Shown in pieces: positions 28,200 to 36,874 of a DNA stretch of 64,000 bases (positions within the stretch are counted from its first letter, which is position 1; each line of letters starts with the position of its first letter). Under the pieces are notes generated by a model. It ran no database searches and was not told the origin of the DNA. It saw only the letters and a list, made by a program, of their open reading frames with translations. Source of the DNA: a virus; the IMG/VR virus record IMGVR_UViG_3300044908_000026, positions 4,030 through 68,029 of that record, one strand, 5' to 3'. A program made the position numbers and the translations under genes.

Positions 28200-30077
28200 T
28201 TAGTTTCCAGAACACACGAAATCGAACAGATATGCCGCCGCTGATACGTTAGCGATGGCCGCTGTGATTGTAAACGCCGTCGTGCTGGGCGTACCGTGGC
28301 CGATTCCAACCGAAACAATCCCGCCATTCTGCATAACGGTGCAATTCGGAGCCGTCCCGTAGGCCGCTCCAAACGTGACCGTAGCAATTGTGCCTGTGGT
28401 CACGGCGGTCGATGGGACACTGACGGTACCTACAAAATCCGTGCCGCTGATCGTCGGCGTGGTACCAATAGCACCCCCCGCCGCGACCGTGGGCGTGGAG
28501 TTGCCAACGAAGTGAAGCGCCTTGAGGGGCGAGGTTTGGTCAAACCCAATTGTCTTGACTCCAGCAGAAATACTGGAGGTCATATTCGTGCCCGTCAGAA
28601 CCACGTTCGTACTCAGGAACGAACGCCAATCCACGCAGCCCGTTGAGGCTGATGGCAGGCAGGTGGTGAAACTATCCCATGTGTTCGCCGTCGCTCCGGC
28701 CGTCAATTTGAACAGCGGCTTTACGTCGTTCGGAAATCCGCTCGCGCCGCTGTTGCCCGCTGCCAGCGGCGAAACAAACGCAACGCCGGTGAAGTTCGCC
28801 CCCGAGGTATCGCAAGCAATCGTTGTGGAGAGTCCCCAATAGCACCAAAATGACGTGGCCGTCGCCGCCCCAGTACTGAGTGTGATCGTCGGCGAGCCCG
28901 CTGCCAGCGACACAGCATAAGAACCAACTCCTAGATTCGTGTTGCCTGTCGGGATCAGCATCGTCACTACGGTGTTTGAGGTTCGCGTCACAGTCAGATC
29001 GGTAAGCTGGTTGGCGATGGTTGCACCGCCGCCACCGCCTGAATACTGCGGGATATTCAACGTATTTGTGGATTGCGTATAGGTGGAGGCCCCGCTGCTT
29101 CCGGTCGTCGTCAGCGTGATTGGCAAATTCGTCAGATTGGTTGCGTTCCCGCTCGCTGGAGTGCCAAGTGCGGGAGTTACCAATGCAGGGCTGGTTGCTC
29201 TGACCACGCTCCCGGTACCCGTAGTCCCAAGTTCGCCGAGCACTCCGGAATTATTGATCTCGACGTTTCCGTTCGTTCCACCGCTGATCGTGGTCGTTCC
29301 CACCGTCAAACCACTGCCGCTCCCGAATAATTGCTGCGACCCGTCCGTCGCCAGCCCATAGGCCGCAGAGGCATGCCCTCCCGAGAACTCGCTCACCACA
29401 TCCGCGGCAGTCTGCGCGATAAGCTGACGGCTGCTATTCGTCTTTGTCCCAGCCGCCGAAGCGGGCACGACCGCCCCGTTCACATCAACCACCGTGGCGT
29501 TCGAGCAAGTTCCGATGAGGTCGCCTCCGAGCGTGCCGCAGCCCGCGCCTTGTGCTCCTGCGGGACCCACACCGGCCCCGCCGTAGATCACGTACTCAAC
29601 CGTGTAGGAGCCGCCAAGAGTGATGACCACATTCCCCGTTGAAGTTGAGTCGGAACACGCTACCTTGGCCGACCCAGCAGTCAGGCAACTTACCCCAGCG
29701 GCGGTGTAATCACCGGAGCTACTATAAACGTCCACGTGTGGGTGAACGCCTTGCCCGTGCGTTGAGGCTAAGATCGTCGCCGTCGTGCTGGTGAACGTCC
29801 CGACATAGGGAGGCGTCCCCGAACTCCCCGTCTGCTGCGTCCACGTGTTGGTAGCCGTGCAAAGGTAGACATTGTCCCCCGCCGTGGCGTTCGTGATGAA
29901 TGCAGTTTGCCCCACCGTGCATGTCGCGGGAATGCCAGAAAGCGCCCCGATGTAAACGAACCCGCCGGAACCGCCGCCACCCGAAGCCGGAGGCCACTGA
30001 CCCCAGCCCTGCGCTTTCGCGCGACTCGCAGTCCCGATCATCAACAGGACTAAGGCACTCGCTCGAATCAGTCGCAT
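28200..30077 (-). CDS. Tail-fibre-like protein with signal peptide
   Basis: MRLIRASALVLLMIGTASRAKA|Q; GTGSVVRATSPALVTPALGTP, GPAGAQG and LGGDL fibre motifs; paired Cys. Confidence 0.75.
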   Translation of the reverse strand: MRLIRASALVLLMIGTASRAKAQGWGQWPPASGGGGSGGFVYIGALSGIPATCTVGQTAFITNATAGDNVYLCTATNTWTQQTGSSGTPPYVGTFTSTTATILASTHGQGVHPHVDVYSSSGDYTAAGVSCLTAGSAKVACSDSTSTGNVVITLGGSYTVEYVIYGGAGVGPAGAQGAGCGTLGGDLIGTCSNATVVDVNGAVVPASAAGTKTNSSRQLIAQTAADVVSEFSGGHASAAYGLATDGSQQLFGSGSGLTVGTTTISGGTNGNVEINNSGVLGELGTTGTGSVVRATSPALVTPALGTPASGNATNLTNLPITLTTTGSSGASTYTQSTNTLNIPQYSGGGGGATIANQLTDLTVTRTSNTVVTMLIPTGNTNLGVGSYAVSLAAGSPTITLSTGAATATSFWCYWGLSTTIACDTSGANFTGVAFVSPLAAGNSGASGFPNDVKPLFKLTAGATANTWDSFTTCLPSASTGCVDWRSFLSTNVVLTGTNMTSSISAGVKTIGFDQTSPLKALHFVGNSTPTVAAGGAIGTTPTISGTDFVGTVSVPSTAVTTGTIATVTFGAAYGTAPNCTVMQNGGIVSVGIGHGTPSTTAFTITAAIANVSAAAYLFDFVCSGN

Positions 30078-30113
30078 GAAGATTTCTCCCTATTATGCTA
30101 AACTCTACCGCAG

Positions 30114-30872
30114 ATGGTCACCGCCATCAACCAGATTTTGACTTTCGTTGGGATCTACCATCCCAGCCCGATTCGCTATACTTGGGCAGCGCTAACACTT
30201 CTATCGATCATCCTGCGTGCGCTTGCCATCCGGCACGTCGATCTATTCCCGGCGTTTCGTTTGTACATGGCTGCCACAATCTGTGCCACAATCTTCCAAA
30301 ACAGCCCATCATGGGGCATTGTTGCCGAAATCCTGCTCATCATTCCTTTGGCGCTGTTCACAGTAGAAGTCCTATTTCGAGAATCATTCACCGTCGCCCA
30401 TTATGCTGCCGTTTATGATCGCCAGTTCTCTGCGCTGGTCGGCCTGATCGCGCTCGGCGCGATGATGTACTTCGTGCCGCCTCCATACGCGGGATATTCC
30501 CATGCGCTCTACTACGCCCGCGTTTACTCAACAGAGATCGCCTTTGCTGTCGTCGTGAGTACGTCTGCCTTCGCGTGGTCGATGCGGGTTCGCGTGCCTG
30601 TGTTCATCCGCACACATGGGTTGCTTGCCGCTGCGTGGCTTGGCGCGATTCTGTGGGCCGGAGCCGTGCGCGGGCTGGATCGCTGGAACGTGGCCGTCAT
30701 CTCAACCGCATGGCAAGTGGCATGCCTCATCATCTGGATGGCGGTCGCAGCGACTGGATCTCGCGGTAAATCGCGCCCAACTGCTCCTGTAAGCGCAATT
30801 GATCTTCGTTCCGCTGTTGCCGCAGATCGTCGAACCTTCGGTCGTACTCGCGTAAATTCTCCGTCACGATGA
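30114..30872 (+). CDS. Polytopic (about 7 TM) membrane protein, antisense to the late operon
   Basis: Multiple hydrophobic segments; upstream TGCTAAACT extended -10. Confidence 0.7.
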   Translation: MVTAINQILTFVGIYHPSPIRYTWAALTLLSIILRALAIRHVDLFPAFRLYMAATICATIFQNSPSWGIVAEILLIIPLALFTVEVLFRESFTVAHYAAVYDRQFSALVGLIALGAMMYFVPPPYAGYSHALYYARVYSTEIAFAVVVSTSAFAWSMRVRVPVFIRTHGLLAAAWLGAILWAGAVRGLDRWNVAVISTAWQVACLIIWMAVAATGSRGKSRPTAPVSAIDLRSAVAADRRTFGRTRVNSPSR

Positions 30873-31047
30873 CGTGAACCAGATTCCGCACAGCCTCTTC
30901 GATAGGAGCACTTCTGCCTGTAGCCCTAGATAGTCTGGCCTGCATGCTCTTTATCACAGCACCCAGGATGCCAATGACCACCACCAAAGCAGCGACGATC
31001 TTCTGCCACAGAGTTGAATCCGGTTGAGTGCCTTGTGCGTCAAGCAT
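30730..31047 (-). CDS. Single-TM coiled-coil protein (holin/antiholin-like)
   Basis: IVAALVVVIGILGAVI followed by coiled coil; lysis region. Confidence 0.55.
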   Translation of the reverse strand: MLDAQGTQPDSTLWQKIVAALVVVIGILGAVIKSMQARLSRATGRSAPIEEAVRNLVHVIVTENLREYDRRFDDLRQQRNEDQLRLQEQLGAIYREIQSLRPPSR

Positions 31048-31050
31048 TTA

Positions 31051-31614
31051 TCAGAGATTCTTGTGCGTCTCGCACCGAAGGATCTTGCGGACGCTAGGAA
31101 ACGGTGCTCCGTAGGCGACTGCCACTTCATTTACTGTTTTACCGGAACTTTTCAACGCCCTCATCCCGAGGATTTCCTCATTGGTGTACATCCTCGGAGG
31201 GATTCTGTTGCTCACGACGCGTCCTTTCGCGTTACGGTCGAGTACATTCTGCGCGTTGCTGCCTTCGAGCAAGTGACCGCGCATTGGATTGAACACGCCA
31301 TCGATCTCATACCACCCGCGCGTGTCGTTGCGGACGCATGCCGGATTGTCGCAGGCGTGAAGTACGCACTGTCCCGGTGTGATCGGACGCCCGAGAGCTT
31401 CGGTGAGCGCGAAGACATGGACGGCGATGTTCTTGATCTTTAAAGTTTCGGATTCGGTCTGCCCAAGTTGGATGCTAGCGTAGCCCCACCGATTTTTACC
31501 GCCAGTCCAAACCCAGCACGGACCGAGTTCTGGGTTACGCCCAGGGATTGGACCGTCTTTATCGACGTGACTCCAGAAGCGCTTTGCGGCTGGTATGAAA
31601 GTTCGAATACGCAT
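31051..31614 (-). CDS. HNH homing endonuclease
   Basis: RFWSHVDK..CWVWTG..VLHACDNPACV..HL..G...N..D..KGR plus C-terminal HTH. Confidence 0.85.
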   Translation of the reverse strand: MRIRTFIPAAKRFWSHVDKDGPIPGRNPELGPCWVWTGGKNRWGYASIQLGQTESETLKIKNIAVHVFALTEALGRPITPGQCVLHACDNPACVRNDTRGWYEIDGVFNPMRGHLLEGSNAQNVLDRNAKGRVVSNRIPPRMYTNEEILGMRALKSSGKTVNEVAVAYGAPFPSVRKILRCETHKNL

Positions 31615-31631
31615 AAGTCCAATTATATCAA

Positions 31632-31910
31632 TCAGGGCCAGGGGGGTCCAGGAGGATTGTACGTCACTTCCGCCGTCATCACATCGTAAAGCCATTCTCC
31701 CGTGACCGGCGTTCCGCCCTTCAGGTAAATTGCGCCGACGTTGAACCACTTCCCATCGGGGCTGTGGTCGCCGACGCTGGTGATGATGCCCGGCCAGAGC
31801 GTGCCGTCATCTTCGAGATACGGTGCCCATTGGCCGACTTGCGGCGCTTTGCCGCGCTGCGCTACTGGCGGTTTCGGTAGATTGTTGTTCATGATTCTCC
31901 CTTCATCCAC
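31632..31910 (-). CDS. Hypothetical protein
   Basis: ORF track; P.VGQ..WPGIIT.V pattern. Confidence 0.5.
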   Translation of the reverse strand: MDEGRIMNNNLPKPPVAQRGKAPQVGQWAPYLEDDGTLWPGIITSVGDHSPDGKWFNVGAIYLKGGTPVTGEWLYDVMTAEVTYNPPGPPWP

Positions 31911-32061
31911 ACGCGACCAAGTTTCCCTTGTAATCGCGCATCCAATAATCGTGCGGCGGTTGACAACGCGGGCACTCGAACAGATTCGCGGCCTGTCCTC
32001 GATGGTCGCTGAGTTGCGCCATCTGCGAGCCGCACCGTGGACATTTCGGGATGGTCACAAG

Positions 32062-32415
32062 TCATGGTTTCCTCAGCAAGTTAATAAGGACCGCGATGAT
32101 AGTTACGGCCCCAGCCGCCATCCACACCAATCGCTCAAGCGCCCTAAATCGTTTCTCGGAGTCTTCTCTCTGTGCGGCAATTTGGGCAACCAACGCTTGA
32201 TGGGCATTGGAGTATTCAATCCTAGAAAGCAGGCCGCCAACCATACTGTCGAGCTGCTTGCGAAATTCGTTTAGCCCCTCCAGCCGGTAGTTGATCGAGG
32301 TTACCGCGTCCTTCCGCATCTCGTCCAGCAATTCCTGCTCGCGCCGCCCGGACACAAGACGCTCGTGCATTACCGCCTTCACGACAGCTAGATCGCGCTG
32401 GATCTTATTAGGCAC
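32062..32415 (-). CDS. Coiled-coil protein with C-terminal TM (lysis region)
   Basis: RFRALERLVWMAAGAVTIIAVLI. Confidence 0.6.
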   Translation of the reverse strand: MPNKIQRDLAVVKAVMHERLVSGRREQELLDEMRKDAVTSINYRLEGLNEFRKQLDSMVGGLLSRIEYSNAHQALVAQIAAQREDSEKRFRALERLVWMAAGAVTIIAVLINLLRKP

Positions 32416-32418
32416 AAG

Positions 32419-32688
32419 TTACTTAGTCTCCGTCACCACCGATGTTGCGGGCGGGTTGCCTGTTGTGGTTGCGGTCGTGCGGCTGGCGGCGAGAGCATGG
32501 CCAGTGATTAAGCCGAGCAAAGCACCAAGGACGGTGTCTGCGATCTCTCGCCCCCACAGAACAAGCTCCTGGTCGCGGGCGTCATGGACCAGATGCACGA
32601 CCAACACAATGCAGGCTAGGAATACAAACACGAGCAAGAGCTTGTCGAAATTCTCCTGGACGAATTTGGACCAACTCGTCGGGTTCAT
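32419..32688 (-). CDS. Holin-like 2-TM protein
   Basis: Two hydrophobic segments; lysis cassette. Confidence 0.6.
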   Translation of the reverse strand: MNPTSWSKFVQENFDKLLLVFVFLACIVLVVHLVHDARDQELVLWGREIADTVLGALLGLITGHALAASRTTATTTGNPPATSVVTETK

Positions 32689-32972
32689 GGTTTCTCGGGC
32701 GGAGCTGGCGCTGTCGGAGTTGTAACGGTGACGACTGGCGACTGCGTTGAATTGGCGATGACCTCAGGACTCGACGGTTGCGAGATCGTACCGCCGCTGA
32801 CTTGGCTATCCTTCGCGCTGACGCCGAAGCTCGCCAGCCCCCCCGCCATCGTAAACATTGCAATCGCCATTGCCCAGTTAGGAAAAGTGATGTAGTGAAG
32901 CTGCTGTGCAAAAAGAACGAAGGCGGAGGCGGCTGAAATTGCCGAAGTGACTGTGGTTCTCCAGGATTTCAT
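32685..32972 (-). CDS. Holin
   Basis: MKSWRTT...AKD pattern with two TMs. Confidence 0.7.
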   Translation of the reverse strand: MKSWRTTVTSAISAASAFVLFAQQLHYITFPNWAMAIAMFTMAGGLASFGVSAKDSQVSGGTISQPSSPEVIANSTQSPVVTVTTPTAPAPPEKP

Positions 32973-33148
32973 AGGCCAGTCAACGCCTTTAATGTGGGCC
33001 ACGTCACATACACCGACAGAAAAAACACACCCCAACAAAACGCAGCACTACCGTACCACGGAGCCGGGGCCGCTTGCCTCCACCACCACGATTGGCCCAA
33101 TGCCGCGAGGAAGAGAAGCAAAACAGTTAGAACAGCAATAAACGCCAT
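32969..33148 (-). CDS. Small 2-TM membrane protein, 59 aa
   Basis: Not in the ORF track; RBS AAGGAG; MAFIAVLTVLLLFLAALG...AAFCWGVFFLSVYVTWP; ATGA overlap. Confidence 0.7.
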   Translation of the reverse strand: MAFIAVLTVLLLFLAALGQSWWWRQAAPAPWYGSAAFCWGVFFLSVYVTWPTLKALTGL

Positions 33149-33160
33149 AAATTCTCCTTT

Positions 33161-33688
33161 TTATCCGATCACCGTCTCTGCCTCTTCCTCCACAATCGAA
33201 ACCGGAAACGGCCCGATTCCAGCCACAAGCGGTCGCACTTGCGTGAAGTCCTGTTCCCATGTTCGCAGACACCCGTACGTCGGACGGAGCGCGTTGCTCC
33301 CGTTCGGAGGTCCGCTGTGGATCGCTAGCCCCATGTTCACGTCCAGCCCCTCGCTGGTCTGCCTCGCCCAAGCGTCCGAGGTGCCGTCGCCCTCTTGTGG
33401 GGTCAGCCAGATCACGGGAATTGCTCCGCTGTCGTCAGGCAGGCCATAGCCGTAGCGATTCTCGGGCGTGTCTGGAACGTGCGCCAATCGCGCGATATAG
33501 TTCCCGGTCGGAGTATCGCCGAATGCCTTCCGTGGATCGCGTGTAGGGTTGCCGTGCGCCGCAGCCGCCGCATTGTCGCTCTTGCCGTCGCACTGGAACG
33601 GCCCGAGATTTGTTGAACCATCATCGTTCAGGAGCGACCACGTTCCGAGGATCAGACGGTTTGCGGGAAGTTGCGCGACGATTTTCAT
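33161..33688 (-). CDS. L,D-transpeptidase (YkuD)-fold enzyme, probable endolysin
   Basis: DTPTGNY..LAIHSG..LRPTYGCLR His/Cys dyad; immediately upstream of holins. Confidence 0.75.
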   Translation of the reverse strand: MKIVAQLPANRLILGTWSLLNDDGSTNLGPFQCDGKSDNAAAAAHGNPTRDPRKAFGDTPTGNYIARLAHVPDTPENRYGYGLPDDSGAIPVIWLTPQEGDGTSDAWARQTSEGLDVNMGLAIHSGPPNGSNALRPTYGCLRTWEQDFTQVRPLVAGIGPFPVSIVEEEAETVIG

Positions 33689-33725
33689 TGGGGATTCTCC
33701 GGGCTGGTGAGCGTTGGGGGCTGCG

Positions 33726-34766
33726 TCATAGTTCTCCTATCGCTTTGTACACGGCATAGCCGCCCAATCCAAAGCCAGCACCAAGAACTGCTTTCTTGGC
33801 GACCTCCTTGGCTATTTCAAGGGCCGCTTCTTTCGCACCCTTCAACTTCATCGCCTGCCTGTACTCGTTCACGGCGTCGGTGTATAACTGACCTACCCCA
33901 GCCTGCTCAGCGGCGGCGGCATTGGCATCGTTAAGGGCTTTCGCCAAGCCTGCAACCTGAGCCTTCATGGGAGGAATCATCCGGCTGGCTTCATCCGCAG
34001 AAAGCCTCCCTGCGTTGCTGGCGAACAATCGGGACTGATCGTAGGTTAGGGGCTCTCCCCCTGGAGCCGTAGTACGTTGCAGAAATTTATTCACAACGCT
34101 CGGCATCGAAGCTCCGGCTTCCCTCAATTCCTGCGCTTTCAATGCTGGCGTGCTCGCGGCGGCCAGGTCAACCGGAACGTCTTTAGCCGCCTGCATCACG
34201 GCCTGGAAATTCCTGCCAGCGCGCTCGGCATTGGGAATCGCATCAACGGCTCCAGGAATCGGGAGTCCTGCCTCTGCCGCCATCGTCGCGTAATGCCCTA
34301 CTTGCTCGCCTGGACCCTGAGGTTGCGTCGCCGCATCAAACTTATCGCTGATTCCTGTCTTGTCGGCCAAGTAACCAGCGGCTTGGCCGATTGGTCCAGT
34401 CCCGCGCCGAAGGACTGCAGCAGCATCGCTTGCGAGGGTTTTAAGAGATCCTCGCGCAACTTGATCCGAAGTTCCCGGCGCTAACGCTTCCGCTACTGGA
34501 GCGCCTCCAGGAAACAGGCTGGCCGCTGCCGTGATGTATGGGTGCGCTTGCGCGAGGTTTTGAGCTTTCCTGAATGCCGTCGCCACGGTGCCGACCGGGG
34601 GTTGAAGCTGGGAAGGCAGCGGAGCAGGCATCGTAGTTCCAGGTAACGTCCCCAATCTCTCCATGCCGGGGACCGGAGTGGATGCAGCGGAAATGGTAGG
34701 AGCATTTGCAGCGAACCAATCTCCGCTGGAAGGTGCTGGCGCGTTCTGAGCGAACCAATCGGCCAT
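33726..34766 (-). CDS. Putative ejection/internal virion protein
   Basis: Ala-rich helical; duplicated DWFA.NAP N-terminus; position after tail genes. Confidence 0.6.
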   Translation of the reverse strand: MADWFAQNAPAPSSGDWFAANAPTISAASTPVPGMERLGTLPGTTMPAPLPSQLQPPVGTVATAFRKAQNLAQAHPYITAAASLFPGGAPVAEALAPGTSDQVARGSLKTLASDAAAVLRRGTGPIGQAAGYLADKTGISDKFDAATQPQGPGEQVGHYATMAAEAGLPIPGAVDAIPNAERAGRNFQAVMQAAKDVPVDLAAASTPALKAQELREAGASMPSVVNKFLQRTTAPGGEPLTYDQSRLFASNAGRLSADEASRMIPPMKAQVAGLAKALNDANAAAAEQAGVGQLYTDAVNEYRQAMKLKGAKEAALEIAKEVAKKAVLGAGFGLGGYAVYKAIGEL

Positions 34767-36874
34767 TAGTTTTTAACCACCGATGCCCCGAGGCTCTTGT
34801 AATGCTCAACCTGATCCTCTGGCACTGATTGAACAGCGCCATTCGGAGCCTTCATTCGGACCATTTTCCCGGGCTGCACGCTCCAGCCGTCTGCCTCCAT
34901 CGCGGAGCGGGCCTTCCCGCTATCACCCCCGTTGAGCGAGTTGTAGTAATTGATGGTCGCCTTGTTCGGCATGCGCCTTGGCCCGTCGTCCGGCACGCCC
35001 ACATAGGACGCTTCGCTTCTGGCTTTGGTAAGATCTTCGGAAAATCTCTCGCGCCCCAGTGAAACCATCTGCTGCATCTGTTGAGGCGTGAGGGTGACGC
35101 CGGTCAGGTATCCGTCCTTATCGAATTTAGAGGCCATCCCCTGAAGCCAGGGACGCGAAGCGACCGCTTCTTTGATGATGTCTTTGGTGAGACGCGCGCC
35201 TTTCTGGAGTCCCATCGTCATCCCGAGGTGATTGGCGAGCAACGAGAGCATAGCCTGCTGATCGTTGTTTTTCAGGGCATCTTCCTGATTCTTCGCCATC
35301 ACGTTGAAGCGTTCGGCGGAATCCAAGGCGGGAGCATACGTTTTGACGGCTGCCGTTTTCAGAGCGGTATCCGCTTTGTTGTCGCGGTTGCCTGCTACCG
35401 CTGCCGCCATGAGTGCGGCGTTATCCTTTCGGGCCTGAATCGACTCAACGGACAATTGCTCCCGCATGATCCGGTTCATCTCGGCTTGGTTCCCGGAATC
35501 AATACTCCGCTGCATGGAATCAATCGCGGCGGCGGGCATCGTATCGGGCGCATTTTGATATAGGGCCTTGATTGCCGGGGGCGTCGGGAGCCAATTCGCC
35601 TGATCCGCGACCTTCTTCTGCCGCGCGACCTCTTGCGGGGTCGGACGCACGCGCGTCAATCCTGCGGCTTGATCTTGCGGCCCCGGAGGAACGATGTTGT
35701 ACCCCGGCAGTTTAGATTCCGGCGTGCTCTGCACAGCGGGTAGCGGAATCGGTTTATTCGCGCCAGCGAGCGGTAATTGAGGCGGTTGCTGCGGACCAAC
35801 GAAATTCGGCGGCGCTTCGGGACTCGTCAGCATTGGAGGCGTGTAGGTCGGCGGCAGCGATTGAGCCGGTGTGACCAGGTTCTCGTAGCTGCCGGTGATG
35901 TCGTTCGGGCCTTCGGCCTGCTTCTGTCGCCGATCCTCCCGCACGTACCCCTGGTTCTCGCGAGCGTCAGCCAATTTTTGCGCGGATTCCTCTCGCTGCT
36001 GCTGGCGGTTCTCAATCTCGCTCTGGATGTTCTGCGCGTAGGACCGCTTCTGGAGGTCGGCAAGCTCCGCATCGCTCGCAGCCTTGAGCGCGGCGTCCTC
36101 GCGGGCCGATTGCATTCCGCCGGGATGGAGCACCGCTCCGCCGATTGCCGGGCCGATGAGCGGCATCGCAGCCGCCAACATTCCGAGAATTTGCCGCTTT
36201 ACGGTGATTGGATGATCCTCGATTTCCTTCAGGCGGTCGAGGCGATGCTTTATCAGCGCATCCGTGGCTGGCGTCGGGATCGTCGTGAGATCCTGTGGCG
36301 CGGCGGCTTGCGCGCCCGTTCCGCCATTCTGCACATCGTTGACGCTCATCACCCGGCGTCCAGTGGCCTCGGGCGCGGGCGCGCCCATTTCATCGGCCCC
36401 AACGTTGGCTACGCTATTGTAATCAGCCGATTTCTTAGCTGGGTTGTCCAATAGTCCAGGTGGTTTCGCCTCAGCCTTGAGTGCCTCGTTTGATGCTGGC
36501 GACGCTGCCGGTTCAGGAGGGGATGCGTCATTCCCCTGCAATCCTGGTTTCATCGGAGCAGAAGCGATCTCTGATGGCGTAGGTCCGCTAGGGGACTCCA
36601 GCAGCGGCCCAGGCTCATCCGGCTCATCAGATGGGCCACCGCTCCCGGATTGCGGCATCCAGCCATACCCGTTTCCCGACGCGCCGGTCAACGGACCCGC
36701 CTCCGGGTTCCCGGCATCGCTCACCTGATTCAATAAGCCGGGGTTATAGTTGGCCGAATCCGGGTTCAGTTCTCCGGGCGCAGCGTCAGGCGTGTAATCC
36801 TCATCAAGATCGGTCGCCATGAACGGCGGCGTCGTGATCGGCGAAGCTAGCGAGTTGAGGATGGATGCGCTCAT
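34766..36874 (-). CDS. Putative ejection/internal virion protein
   Basis: Pro/Gln/Ala-rich; C-terminal VRMKAPNG..VP motif. Confidence 0.6.
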   Translation of the reverse strand: MSASILNSLASPITTPPFMATDLDEDYTPDAAPGELNPDSANYNPGLLNQVSDAGNPEAGPLTGASGNGYGWMPQSGSGGPSDEPDEPGPLLESPSGPTPSEIASAPMKPGLQGNDASPPEPAASPASNEALKAEAKPPGLLDNPAKKSADYNSVANVGADEMGAPAPEATGRRVMSVNDVQNGGTGAQAAAPQDLTTIPTPATDALIKHRLDRLKEIEDHPITVKRQILGMLAAAMPLIGPAIGGAVLHPGGMQSAREDAALKAASDAELADLQKRSYAQNIQSEIENRQQQREESAQKLADARENQGYVREDRRQKQAEGPNDITGSYENLVTPAQSLPPTYTPPMLTSPEAPPNFVGPQQPPQLPLAGANKPIPLPAVQSTPESKLPGYNIVPPGPQDQAAGLTRVRPTPQEVARQKKVADQANWLPTPPAIKALYQNAPDTMPAAAIDSMQRSIDSGNQAEMNRIMREQLSVESIQARKDNAALMAAAVAGNRDNKADTALKTAAVKTYAPALDSAERFNVMAKNQEDALKNNDQQAMLSLLANHLGMTMGLQKGARLTKDIIKEAVASRPWLQGMASKFDKDGYLTGVTLTPQQMQQMVSLGRERFSEDLTKARSEASYVGVPDDGPRRMPNKATINYYNSLNGGDSGKARSAMEADGWSVQPGKMVRMKAPNGAVQSVPEDQVEHYKSLGASVVKN

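Noticed and set aside
30114-30872. Exosortase for the PEP-CTERM protein
   Set aside because: No exosortase CxG..R..H catalytic pattern seen
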